From the human T2T-CHM13v2.0 reference genome, Homo sapiens, in assembly GCF_009914755.1 (NCBI RefSeq), contig NC_060926.1: a DNA stretch of 64,000 nucleotides; one strand, 5' to 3'. Below the pieces are notes generated by a model that saw only the letters and a program-made list of their open reading frames with translations, was not told the DNA's origin and searched no databases. Of the stretch, positions 18,690 to 32,991 are shown piece by piece. The translations under genes and the position numbers were made by a program. Position 1 is the stretch's first letter. The number at the start of each line of letters is the position of its first letter.

Positions 18690-19380
18690 TCAATCATAAT
18701 AAAGGACATGAAGATAAAACTATATCCAACTGCCAATTTTCATCTTGTCAGATTGGCATAAATTCAAGTTTGATGGCAAGTTTGTGGGCAAGAGTGTAGG
18801 GAAGCGGGTTCCCTTGTATATTTCAGTGGGAGTAGAAGTTGATTCACTGTGAAAGGCAATTTGAAAGTTCCTATCAAAATTACTTTCACTCAGCATTTTT
18901 ACTTTTGAAATGTCTGCTATAGATATACTATGAATATGTGGAATTTAACCTATAGATATACTTGCATATGTGCAAAATAGTGTACAAAATTAACCACTAA
19001 AACATTGTTTATAGCAGGAGATTAAAGTGAATTTAGGTGTTCCTCAGTAGCTGAATGATTACATAAAGTATTGTATGTCTAGATAGTGAATGAAATTCTA
19101 CATAGAATGAGGAAGCTCTCTCTGTACTAACATGGAAAGATTTCCAAGGCATGTAATTGATTTTAAGAAAAGGTACAGAACAGTGTATAGCATACTACAA
19201 TATGAATTTTTTTTAATAAAAGAAAGAAAGGAGGGAAGAGAATTGCTTAAATGTGCAAAACGAATTCTCTGGAACCATATGGGGTTGTGAACAGAATAAA
19301 TGGAGACCAGAAGTGGGAAGGAGGATTTTTAGCTATTGCCTTTCTATACCTTTTGGTTTCATAAAATAAAAATAAATAAA
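18690..19380 (+). mobile_element. Degraded L1ME-type 3' fragment
   Basis: Sense L1ME-like motifs (cagattggca, tgggagt, aacatggaaagatttccaag). Confidence 0.55.
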
Positions 19381-19773
19381 CTTTCATCTTGATTTGTTTC
19401 TTCCCCTCAAATCCTGTCTTCTGTCAGCCTCTTCCTTACCTGCGTGACTACCAAAAGGACTCTTAAGTATTTATTGTCTTTCTAACTTGGGATCAGAGTT
19501 GAAATCCTTTACCCTTTGAACCCATATTCATTCTTCTTTCCCTCTCATACCTAAAATGAGTTACAAATAAAACCCTTTCTTTTTTCTTTGCCCTCTTTTT
19601 CCCTCCTACTCTCCCCTGTCCTTCTTTCTCTTCCTCTCTCTTCGCATCCCTCCATCCCACACAAAGGGATTGTATTTTTGAAACATTAAAAAGGGTTCAC
19701 GTACTCACTTGAATAAATCTGTCAACTCAGCCTCAAGGTTACTCCCAGAGACACCTATGATCCTTCCCCTCAG

Positions 19774-19977
19774 GTAACTTGGAGATTGTGAACGGTGCCA
19801 AAAAACACACTCGAGATGTTGGGATAACTTTCCCAACTCCAAGTTCCAGCGAGGCTAAATTGGAAGAGAACAGTGATGTGACTTCTTGGTCAGAAGAAAA
19901 ACGTGAAGAGAAAATGCTCTTTACCGGTTATCCTGAGGACAGAAAGTTAAAAAAGAACAAGAAGAATTCCCATGAAG
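19774..19977 (+). CDS. ALMS1: ALMS1 coding exon (exon 18), 204 nt, GNLEIVNGAKKHTRDVGITFPTP...KKNKKNSHE
   Basis: cccctcag acceptor; AAG|gtcagt donor; matches ORF 19779-20246; phase 1-1. Confidence 0.95.
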
Positions 19978-20290
19978 GTCAGTTTCTCATTCCAGATCTT
20001 GTAGTAGAGAAACTAGTGAATTTCAAGTCCCCTGCGATGCTGACTCTGTGTTTCCAAGTGACTCTATGTGGTCCCCACCTACCCCCAGCCACAACCTTGT
20101 CAGGTTTTCAGAGTCCAGCATGGCAGTTACACAGTCATCCCTGCAGCAAAACCAGACTCAAGGGCACCCTGTGGCCTCTGACAGCTGAGACCCCTGAGAA
20201 CCTGTATTATATGCATATCCTGGATAAGAGCTGGGTGGGGCTGTAAAAAAGTGAAAAATCTGTGTTCCTTCTAAAAACCGTTTCCTGTAG

Positions 20291-20532
20291 GAGTTTCCTG
20301 GTTTGTTCCTGTGGAAAATGTGGAGTCTAGATCAAAGAAGGAAAACGTGCCTAACACTTGTGGCCCTGGCATCTCCTGGTTTGAACCAATAACCAAGACC
20401 AGACCCTGGAGGGAGCCACTGCGGGAGCAGAACTGTCAGGGGCAGCACCTGGACGGTCGGGGCTACCTGGCAGGCCCAGGCAGAGAGGCTGGCAGAGACC
20501 TACTGAAGCCATTTGTGAGAGCAACCCTTCAG
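20291..20532 (+). CDS. ALMS1: ALMS1 coding exon (exon 19), 242 nt, GVSWFVPVENVESR...RDLLKPFVRATLQ
   Basis: tttcctgtag acceptor; CAG|gtgcag donor; matches ORF 20311-20541; phase 1-0. Confidence 0.95.
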
Positions 20533-21280
20533 GTGCAGTGACGTTGACTTAACTTTAATGCTACGTGTAGGGAGAAGAAGGGCAAGGCGCAGAGAAGCTG
20601 GCTCTGTGACTTGGTGAGCTGAGGTGTAGGCCTGAGACGCTCTTTTCCAGCACCTCCGCAGTTCACCTGTTTTCACGCACGAGGGTTGGGTTTCTCATCA
20701 TCTGTCAAAGGCTGCCTTACTCCTAACCATAGATGGTGCATCACCGTCGGGATCTGGGGACAAGGCCGCAGGAGGGAGGATTTGCATCTCTGCTTATTGG
20801 GCCTGTGGGTCCCTGTGTGTGGAGGGCCCGGAGGCCTGACGCTTGTGCGGCCTCATGTGTGTTCCTCCATGTCCGTAGCTCCTGTTTCTGCTCCATGTCG
20901 GATTTAAAGGAAACCAGGTCTCTTCTGATGTGTCCCTTGGGGGATAAAGGAAATGTTATTAATGATGTATTTGTCTGAATAGATCTTTAAAATAGCACTG
21001 TGGGAAGAGCTGTATTGCACTGACATTTCAAAGAGTTGTAATCGCCATAGTCTTAGTTCCTGGCCTATGCTGAAGGCATGTCTTTGATCCCTGCGGTTTC
21101 CAAGCTGCAGCTCTCCCCCATAGAGAGATGTCAGAGGATTCTTCAACGCTAGATACTTTCTCGGCATTTGAATCAGACTTCCCCAAACCTCTTGGGCAGG
21201 TGGTGTGTCTCCAGGCATATGGAGAGTAGATTGCATCATTAATCTGAGGCTGGGCATTTTCTCTTTTTTTTTTCTTTTAG

Positions 21281-21464
21281 GAATCGCTTCAGTTTCACAG
21301 ACCTGACTTCATCTCCCGCTCTGGGGAGCGGATAAAGCGCCTGAAGTTAATAGTCCAGGAGAGGAAGCTGCAGAGCATGTTACAGACCGAGCGGGATGCA
21401 CTATTCAACATTGACAGGGAACGGCAGGGCCACCAGAATCGCATGTGCCCGCTGCCCAAGAGAG
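21281..21464 (+). CDS. ALMS1: ALMS1 coding exon (exon 20), 184 nt, ESLQFHRPDFISRSGERIKRLKLIVQERK...PLPKR, ALMS motif region
   Basis: Long T-rich tract and ttttag acceptor; GAG|gtacgc donor; recognisable ALMS-motif peptide; phase 0-1. Confidence 0.96.
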
Positions 21465-21689
21465 GTACGCCCTGCCCGTTCACTTTCCTGTGAGTGGAAT
21501 AGAGAAGGCAAGGTCTGCTGCTCTGCTGCAGAGCCCTGCTAAAGGCCAGCCCAGGCCAGTTACCTGGGCAGACAGTGACCTTTTGCTTGCCAAGACTCAA
21601 ACCTTCTTAGCTAGCAGAATCTCCCCAACTTAGCCGTCAGCACATTCATGATCCAAGTAAGCCCAGTTACTCTAAGCCCTGTCACTGCA

Positions 21690-22075
21690 TCGTAAACCAG
21701 CTCTGTGTCTGTGAGCAAGTTAGTTCCAAAAGTATATTGATTTTTCCTGAAAAGATGGGGCTGATTCCAGGCTTGCCTACCTCTTAGGATGGTAATAATA
21801 ATAATAATAAACACATAGTCCTTACATCTTGCCCAGGCACTGTTCACATTAGCGCTTACAGCACTCTCAGTAGGTACTATTAATATATCTACTTTATAGT
21901 GAGAAAACTGAATCAAAGGGAGATTAAGTACCTCTCCCAAGATGACATACCTAGTAAGTAAAAGCTAAGATTTGAACCCAGGTGTGCTCCTCTGGAGTCT
22001 GCATTCTTAACAATTATGATAAGCAGATCTTGATAAAATAATGAAAGCTGTGAAAACTACAAAGCACTACCTAAT
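21690..22075. mobile_element. MIR fragments in both orientations
   Basis: MIR core motifs (gagaaaactgaa, gatttgaacccagg, aagatgggg). Confidence 0.65.
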
Positions 22076-22336
22076 TCTTTTATCCAACTTTAGAAACCGG
22101 CCAGATTTTTAATTCAAAGCCTAGTCTTTGCTACAGAGTGTTAGGTCCTTAGGGCCTTAGGCTGCTGTCCCTGTTACCCTAGTCTTACACTGGCTTGCCT
22201 TGGTCATTGCTCCCCACTCAGTCTTGCCAGCTCAGGGTAGGGGCACCAAGTCCTAGCAGCTCCCTCTCCCAGCTCTTGCACCACACCCTCTGGGTTAAGT
22301 CACTGTCCACTGAAAACCCTTTCTTCTCTTGCCTAG

Positions 22337-22400
22337 TCTTCCTGGCTATCCAGAAGAACAAGCCTATCAGCAAGAAGGAAATGATTCAGAGGTCCAAACG
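22337..22400 (+). CDS. ALMS1: ALMS1 coding exon (exon 21), 64 nt, VFLAIQKNKPISKKEMIQRSKR
   Basis: ctcttgcctag acceptor; CG|gtaaga donor; phase 1-2. Confidence 0.95.
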
Positions 22401-22651
22401 GTAAGACCAAGAAAACAAGAGTACGTATACAAGTGTAAACCAGGCCACCAAGTGGTCGGGAGCTCTGGCTTGCACCCAGAATAAATGTATTATACTCAAG
22501 TTTAAACATTATGAGAAAGTTGTGAGAGTCATTTCTCACTTATGGCACTGAAAAAAAAAAAAGCACATCATGGTATGAATGACTCATATGCAAAAGATGA
22601 AAAACTTCTCACTAATTTGCATGTCTTAGGCTCCTCTTTATTAGAAACCTA

Positions 22652-22991
<340 letters not shown>

Positions 22992-23344
22992 TTAAATATG
23001 TATTTAGACCACATCTTTTATTCTAGCAATCCCATTTCTAGGAATTGATCCCATAGGGTGAGAAAGAACAGTGTTCTCCAGAACACAGTAAGTTAAACTT
23101 TTTTAAAAGATTAAAATTTCGAAGCATGTGAACACTGTTTCCATTTGTGGTCTTTAAAAATAAGTATTTGTGCCTATGTAGATGTGTGTACTTTTATATG
23201 CATAGAATATTTCTGGAAGACAGAAAAAACTGGTAATACTGATTGCCTTTGGAAAGGATAACAGTAGATTTTTTGACTTTTTATAATTTTTGAATTTTGT
23301 GCCATGATGAACGAACATTAGCTACTTGTTAATTAATTCATTTG

Positions 23345-23510
23345 AGTGTTGAATGTGGTGGTACATTTCTGTAATCCTACCTACTCAGGAGTCTTAGGTG
23401 AGAGAATCTCTTAAGCCCAGGAATTTGAGACTGCAGTGAGCTGTGATCACACCATTACGCTCCGGCCTGGGTAACAGACTGAAACTCTGTATTCAAAAAA
23501 TAATAAATAC
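23345..23510 (+). mobile_element. Alu right monomer (FRAM/AluJ)
   Basis: Right-arm consensus with A tail. Confidence 0.8.
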
Positions 23511-23769
23511 AATTTTTAAAAATTAATTCATTTCAGATATTCATATATTGATCATGAGAATGCCAGAGAATAAGGTTGACTTTTTTAGGCATTCATTGGA
23601 CACTTGCTTTAATAAGAATAGTTTCTTAGTTGGCATAATGCTTCTGAAGTAATGGTACTTTAAAATAATTTATCTCATGAACGTTAAGCATTCCTCTTGA
23701 AATCTTGTTTTTACTCTATCTAGTCAGCCCTTATAGGCAATCCAAAGGGATGCTTTGGATGCTTTAGTC

Positions 23770-25445
<1,676 letters not shown>

Positions 25446-26723
25446 CTTCATTCTAACTCAGTCACAAAATGGAATTAGGGGAAATCATACAGGGTTTGTT
25501 GTGGGGCAGCTACTAATACTCTCACCTCAGCAAGAGCAGTCCCTGCTGTAAGGGACTAGGAAGCTTGCCTACAGGAAGACAGCCAGGACATCTCCTAAAA
25601 TGTATCAATGCTTTCGACGAGAAATATATGAGTGGATTTAGTGCCCATCTTCTGGAGAGACTTTTTAAACTGTTTTTAAACTGGTACATTTTCATTAGGT
25701 TGCTTCTGTTCATGTTTATTTCTTGTGTGGCCTCTTTTCAAGGGAGTGATCTGTTTCCATCTGAGAATCTTCAATATCATCTAGTAACTCTTAATATTTA
25801 GGAAACTACAACCCAGAGAGGGGAAGTAACCCAGCAAGTTAGGGTCACAGCTGGAGTTAGAGCCTGGTGTTTGGCCTTCAATTGTGTCCTATTAAGGATT
25901 TGTGTCTCTGGAGCCTGTGTTACTCATCTTTTGTTATCACCTATCTCTACCAAAGATATTTAAAGGTTCCCGTGAGAAGGAAAGATTTCAAGAGGAAAGA
26001 ACAGAGCTCTTTTATTTGGAAGCACTTGTTCCAGAGTGGCCTTCAGGAGACATCTTCACCTTCTCTAATGTGTTTCCCGCAGAGCCCTCCATGAATCTAG
26101 TGATTTTTTTTCCAGATTATAGAAAACTTTAGGAAATATAGAGAAAAGTAGAAAAAAGAAAATGAATATCACTTATCATCCTTCCATCTAATGGAGGATG
26201 GGAATTTTTGGTGGGAGGCGTGGGAATTTTGCAGAGACCTGCATAACACACACTTTTTTCCCTCAAATTGTTAATCATACTGCATATACAGGTTTGTGTC
26301 TTGCTTTATTTTATTCAACATTATGTTGTGAACCTTTCCTATGACACTAAAAATTCTGAAACTTTTGTTTGGTATACATGAAACATACTTGTAACATATA
26401 CATTCCATTATACTTCATAATCTATTTAACTGTTGTTTTGTTGGAAACGTATTTACAATGAGAGTGCATTTATCAAATGCACATTTGTGTTTCTCCCAAC
26501 TTAAAATCATTGCCACCCAACCCCTGCTAGAACAGATCCCATGTTTTTCACATGGCCACAAGATCCTCTCTGCAGCCCACCTCACCCTCACCCCCATCTG
26601 TTTCCCACCTATTCCTTTACGCTCCTTTTTGGGAAGCCTCGAGTCCATTTTTACCAACACTCATTTTCCCCACCTTGAGTGTCTTCTGTCCTTCTCCCCA
26701 TTCCCTTTCTGCTCTTATCCATC

Positions 26724-27056
26724 ATTATTATTTTTTTATTATTATTATTATTTTTGAGATGGAGTCTCACTTTATCACCCAGCTGTAGTGCAGCAGTGGC
26801 TTGATCTTGGCTCAGTGCAACCTCTGCCACCCAGGTTCAAGCGATTCTCCTGCCTCAGCCTCCTGAGTAGCTGAGATTACAGGCATCTGCCACCATGCCC
26901 ACCTAATTTTTTTTTTTTTTTTTTGGTGTGTGTGGTTTTAGTAGAGACGGGCTTTCACCATCTTGGCCAGGCTGCTCTTGAACTCCTGACCTCGTGATCC
27001 ACCCACCTCAGCCTCCCAAAGTGCTGGGTTTACAGGCTTCAGCCACTGCACCCAGC
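26724..27056 (-). mobile_element. AluS with (TTA)n tail
   Basis: Antisense Alu dimer. Confidence 0.94.
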
Positions 27057-27570
27057 GCTCCTATCTATTCTTAAGACCCAACTTACCTATAATTTCCTCT
27101 CTGGAGCCTTTCCGAACCTCCTTCCACCAGACCAAGTTTCTTCTCCTCTAGAACATTTTATAGGTGTGACCATTTTAGTACTTTTCCATAATTTCACTTG
27201 TGTTTCCAAACACAATAGTAACGCTGTTCATTATCTTATATTGAAACAGTCCATTTTTGCATGTAGAGCAGAAAGTAGAAGTTCAGCTCTCCTTCATTTA
27301 TCTCACTCCTTTCCCCCCTTTATCCCACTTCTTTCCACATGTAAGCACTATTAGGATTTTATTGTGTTTGTATTTATCTCCCCTTCCAGATTGTGAGCCC
27401 CGGGCTAGGGTTTTCTGTGCTGGAGTATCTAACGGGGCCCAGGGCCTTTCTGAGAGGGATGAGCTCCTGGAGAGTGGGAGGTATAGGGAGGGATGATGAG
27501 AGGAGATCTCATGACTCTGCACCCTGGTAACCTCCCCGATTTCTGTCCTTTCACTGGTGCCATTTCTAAG

Positions 27571-27670
27571 GATTTATGAGCAGCTTCCAGAAGTACAGAA
27601 AAAGAGAGAAGAAGAGAAGAGAAAATCAGAATATAAGTCATACCGGCTGCGAGCCCAGCTATATAAAAAG
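27571..27670 (+). CDS. ALMS1: ALMS1 coding exon (exon 22), 100 nt, IYEQLPEVQKKREEEKRKSEYKSYRLRAQLYKK
   Basis: atttctaag acceptor; AAG|gtcagt donor; ALMS motif IYEQLPEV; phase 2-0. Confidence 0.95.
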
Positions 27671-28663
27671 GTCAGTGGGTCCTCTGTCTAGAGTGGGATG
27701 GATCAGGTTTATTGGCGGAAAGAGAAATGGAGAAAACACGTTGCCTGTTGAGTGTGAAGTCAGAATGAACCGCATTTGAGGAATGAACTTAGAATGCACT
27801 GGACCAGTGTTGAAATTTGGAAGAAGGCATCTGTAATTAGACTTCAAATCAGGTTTAACTCCCCATCCATAATGGTGTAAGGCCCTTTCCATGCATTCGT
27901 TTGCAGTGAAACCAAATTTCACACACAGGAGTTCATTGACATATCATGGTAGAAATACCAGAATTATCAGGTTTCCATTCCAGAGTCCCAGGTGGTGATT
28001 TCATGCCCCTCATTGGTGAGTCAGATACCTTTAGAACTGTTAAACTGGAAAATGTGTAACTGCGGCATAAGAGTTGTCCACTTGGATGGTCAGAGGCCTC
28101 CAACTTGTCACCATGCCCTGCCCATTGTCCCAGTAGAGTCAGCGTTGCTGCAAGTCCAAGAACCTCACGGGGCAGGGTTGGTGTTACCAGTTAATTCTCT
28201 GAGAAACCAGACCGGCTCCTATGCCTGAAGGGCCATATACTTCACTGTAGTTGTTTCCTTCTCACCCTGTCAGTCACCAGACTGATGTGGGATGGGAGCT
28301 GCTTCTGGAGCAGGCCCCAGAACCCAGGCGGGTGCCTCAGGTGGAGGCCCCAGGCACCACACCACCTGTCTGGTGTGTCAGCATCGCAGGGCCAGGCCTC
28401 TCCTTATGCTACTGTATGTGGGAACTGATGGATTATCTGTGTCTCTATAGAAATAATAGATATTGATTACAGATCCTCTTTCCTGAACCTTTCGTGAAGT
28501 ATTTTTTATATGACGACCATAGTTTCTGAAGCAGAGTAAAATGAACAAGATTTGAATAGGACCACACTGATTCTCCTTGGTGACATGGATGCAGGGAGGA
28601 GAGGCATCTGCCTCTGATGGCAGTAATATCTAACTTCTTTCCTGCCTTTCTTTTCTTCTACAG

Positions 28664-28708
28664 AGAGTGACCAATCAACTTCTGGGGAGAAAAGTTCCCT
28701 GGGACTGA
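28664..28708 (+). CDS. ALMS1: ALMS1 last coding exon (exon 23) CDS part, RVTNQLLGRKVPWD*
   Basis: Strong polypyrimidine tract and ctacag acceptor; TGA at 28706-28708; known ALMS1 C-terminus. Confidence 0.96.
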   Translation, partial: RVTNQLLGRKVPWD

Positions 28709-29020
28709 CACAAGTTTATTTTCCTCAGAGCCTTGGAATTCTATTTTATGAACCTAGAGAAGCAGAATCCTTACTTTTGTGAGTCTGGTTGAATAAAGCT
28801 TATTCTTTGTCCATGTGTATTTTAGAAATAGTAACTTCTAAAGAGTCTGGAACAAAGTGGTGATTAAAATTCCTAATGGTTTGGGAGCAATACTTTCTGC
28901 ATAGTGGCCTTGTCCAATGGCCTGTGTGTTACAATGATATGATCATTTCTCAAGAATAAGTCCCTTTTTGTATGTGTTTTTATACTTTTAGAAAATAAAA
29001 ACTTTAGATTAACTCATAGT
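28709..29020 (+). terminator. ALMS1: ALMS1 3'UTR with poly(A) signals AATAAA 28792-28797, ATTAAA 28863-28868, AATAAA 28993-28998
   Basis: Hexamers downstream of the stop codon; exact cleavage site inferred. Confidence 0.75.
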
Positions 29021-32000
29021 AAACAATTCTTTCCCATCTGGAGAGATGCAAGGAGCTATGCATTGTCTCCACCGAGGTGTCTAAATGCATCAGTTGAGGG
29101 AAATGGGCTCTTAGAAGGAAATGTAGCCTGTATCTTTAGAAACACAATGTGCTGTAGTGGGAGCACTGTTGTGGGCTTTGAGGAGACGGTGTCTGGTTAG
29201 ATGCCCACCGGGTGCACCCAGAGACTGCAGCAGGAGAGGTGTCTTGGGTCCAGAGCCTCCTTTCAGCCCCAGTCCAGCTCCCCCAGGGACTCTCTGTGTA
29301 GGCTGGGGAGAAAGGCCACTAGCCTTGGCTGATGGATCTTCCTCCACCCACACTCGGTTTTGGGATTAAAGCCTCAGACCATTTATCATTACACGTGAAA
29401 CCAACACTTACAACATAAAGGACAACTTGTGAAAAAGATGAGTCAATGAATGAGATAAAGCATTTAACCCAGTAACTGGATCAGAATGTAACAGGATTTT
29501 TTTTTTTTTTTTCATGTGGCCTGGAATTATAGCTAAGGCCCAAAGTAATGGAGGAAGGTTTTCAACAGCCTCACTCTAAGTTCAGCAAACCCCAGTACAA
29601 AGATTGGCAAGGGCCAGTCATCCACCGAGAAGGCTTCCTGGGAGGCTGGATCCAAGAGCAGGCCCTGCCCTCAAGCACGGTTCAGAGCTTTCAGATCCTG
29701 CCCCCTGGGCTCCCTGCCATGAAGAGGACACTGGGAAAAGAACCCATGGTGCATGAGGTCAACTCATAGTTCTTCCCTTTCTTGCTGGGCAAGGTAATGA
29801 AGCACTTTTGGCCAATTTACCTGTAAAATGAGAGGGTTAATACCTCTAAGCCCCTCTTTACATAAACTCTAAAACAATGTGACTATTTCCACCTCTTGTG
29901 AGACATTATTATTCAGAATAGAAACAAATTGTTGTCTCAAACCTGGGTCTGCAAAGAACCCAGGGCAAGATGGAGTCTGATGAGGAATGATGAGCATGAT
30001 TCTCTCTAGGCCCAAGGCTGTGGCATCCAGACACCTTCCAAGGGCAGTTAGATTTGGTCCTGGGAGGCCCAGGTGGCAGGTGCCAGCCAGCTCCTCCCAT
30101 TCCCAGCCAGGGCGCACCTCCTCAGGAGAACTTGTTAGCATCTTCACTGGGTTCCTTTAAACCAGAAATCTATGGACTTGCTTTCACATTATAACAGTAT
30201 TCCCCCAGGCCACCAGCCATGGGCATGTTCCCAAGGCAATGTCAACGCACAGAAGGTGGCAGGAAGGGGACATATTGTGGAGAGTCTCACAACTGCAGTC
30301 TACCTGCTTGTCCTATGCCAGGAGACCTTTGGCTGAGTGCAGGCTGAAGAATCCAGGCATCAACCTCACAATCCCAGGGACTCCCTCAGTGTCCGTTCTG
30401 CCCCAGAGCTCAGGATGGCTTCCCACACTGCACAGTTCTGTGGGGGCTGAGAGCACCTGCTACAAACCACAGAGTCACTACCTCGTGCAGCCACTCCTGC
30501 AGCCATCAGACCTCCCTGTGTGTGGGAGGACCTTGAGCCTCTTATTTTGTTTTGGTTTGGTTTTTGTTCTTGCACAGGTGCGGGAAGCCCAAGCGGAGCC
30601 TGCATCATTGCCCCTGGTTCTTAACTGTGGTGGGATTCACTTTTGAATTGCTTCATCCTAGGCCTAGATCATACCTAACCTGGGAAGCTCCGCCCTCTTC
30701 CCTCCTGGAGGTGAGACTCCGGCCTATTCAGTCAGTCCTCTTCCCTGAGGGCAGCTTCTGTTTCAGCCCCTCCCAGCAAAGACCACCAGTGCAAGTATTT
30801 TCAGGGGAGAGAATATATGAAGAAAGCAGTCTTTTAACTGTAAATCACAATGTGTTTTGTATGTTCCCAATGAGTGTTTGGAATGATCAAATGAATGATT
30901 GTTTGGAACATTGTCTGGATGTTATCAAAACAAAAACAAACCAGGATTTATACCCCTGGCAAGTAACAAATGACTTTCCATGAGAATGCAGGTTTTGACC
31001 AAAGGAGTTTTATTACTTCTCACAAGTAAGGAGGGCACTGGGAGTGTTCTCCAAAGCAATGTTTCCTGAGAGAAAATGACAGGAGGACTTTATGTGGTGT
31101 TGGAGAGGGGAGAGGGTGCATCATCGCATGTAGAGGAGGGTTCCCAGTGGCACAGATGCAGTGAGTCATGGTGCCAGCACATAGGTTGCATGTTATGGTA
31201 ATGAATCTACAGGTCTCCTGAGGTGCAGGCTTTAGCTTGGTCATGAGGAAAGTTCACTGGGGTTCATCTGTAAGTTGTCAGGGTCTTTCAGGAGCTGGTT
31301 CCAACCAACTAGGTGACCACATTTCACACAGGGTTTGGGATAAAACTGGCTTCAAGGCAAGAGGCTGTAAAACAGGCTGACTGCTTGAATTGACAAAATT
31401 CCTATACTCCCTGGATTCCCTCCCTGTTGGCCTACAAATTTCCTTCCCTGGAGATATGTCACTCCTCATTCTTGAGAGGTCCTTCTTCTGTAACTTCATG
31501 CTGATTAGGGATGCCGTGTCCAGAGATATTAGGGGAGTGAAAATCTCTAGACACTAAATCTAAATGTGTTTTGAGGTCTCCCAAGATAGGCTGCAAAGGC
31601 TGGTATTGTTGGAAGCTGCAGTTGTAATTTTTCTAATCTGGAAGATACAAATTTTACCAAGAGATTTAAGATCCAGGGACCAAACAACAGTAGTACAAAC
31701 AATAAAGTTAGTAGTTCTACTAGGGGCAGAATATTACCAAGTAATTGGTATTGCCCATTTGATAGCTTCCCAAATAGTCAGAACTATGGCCCTGTGGATT
31801 AAAAGCCGTGTAACCAAGAGGCTTGGGCATAGACCTTCTTAATGTCAACTTCTATTTCCCCTGAGGTGTTTACTCAGGGACAGCAAGAGGAATTAGTAAC
31901 TGCACACACTCCTCCCTGTTCCACTAAAAGATTGTCTAATACTGTACCATTACCTAGCACCACAGTAACCAAGGAGTCAACTGAGGATGCTAAAGACTCA

Positions 32001-32095
32001 AGTTTTCTAGTCAAGTTTTTTACGGTGGTTTCATGATAAGCAAATCCCCAAAGAGCAGCCATCCTGGATGCTGCTCCCATCTCCCCCAAAATTAA

Positions 32096-32402
<307 letters not shown>

Positions 32403-32653
32403 CCAACTCATTTCTCTTTTTGACCTGACTTGTAGTAGACCCGCCTCAACAGCCTCAATATCAGAGGCTCTCGCAGGCCAATTGTACATTGTCCTTCCAT
32501 CCAAACGTCCTCCGTGCAGGGATGAGCGATGTCAAGTGGGGTAAAGGGAAGGAACCTCAAGGCAAACAGGCGTGGGGTAGATATTTGTGGGGGACCCACA
32601 GATGAACACATTCCCCCTGAGGGGCACATACTCATTTGGGGATAAAGATATTT

Positions 32654-32991
<338 letters not shown>

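Noticed and set aside
19978-20246. ORF continuing 89 codons past exon 18
   Set aside because: Read-through into an intron past a good AAG|gtcagt donor; no independent coding evidence
28661-28667. Tandem acceptors CAG-AG-AG giving alternative ALMS1 C-termini
   Set aside because: The downstream sites are GAG acceptors 2 and 4 nt after a strong CAG and are rarely used; no evidence of use
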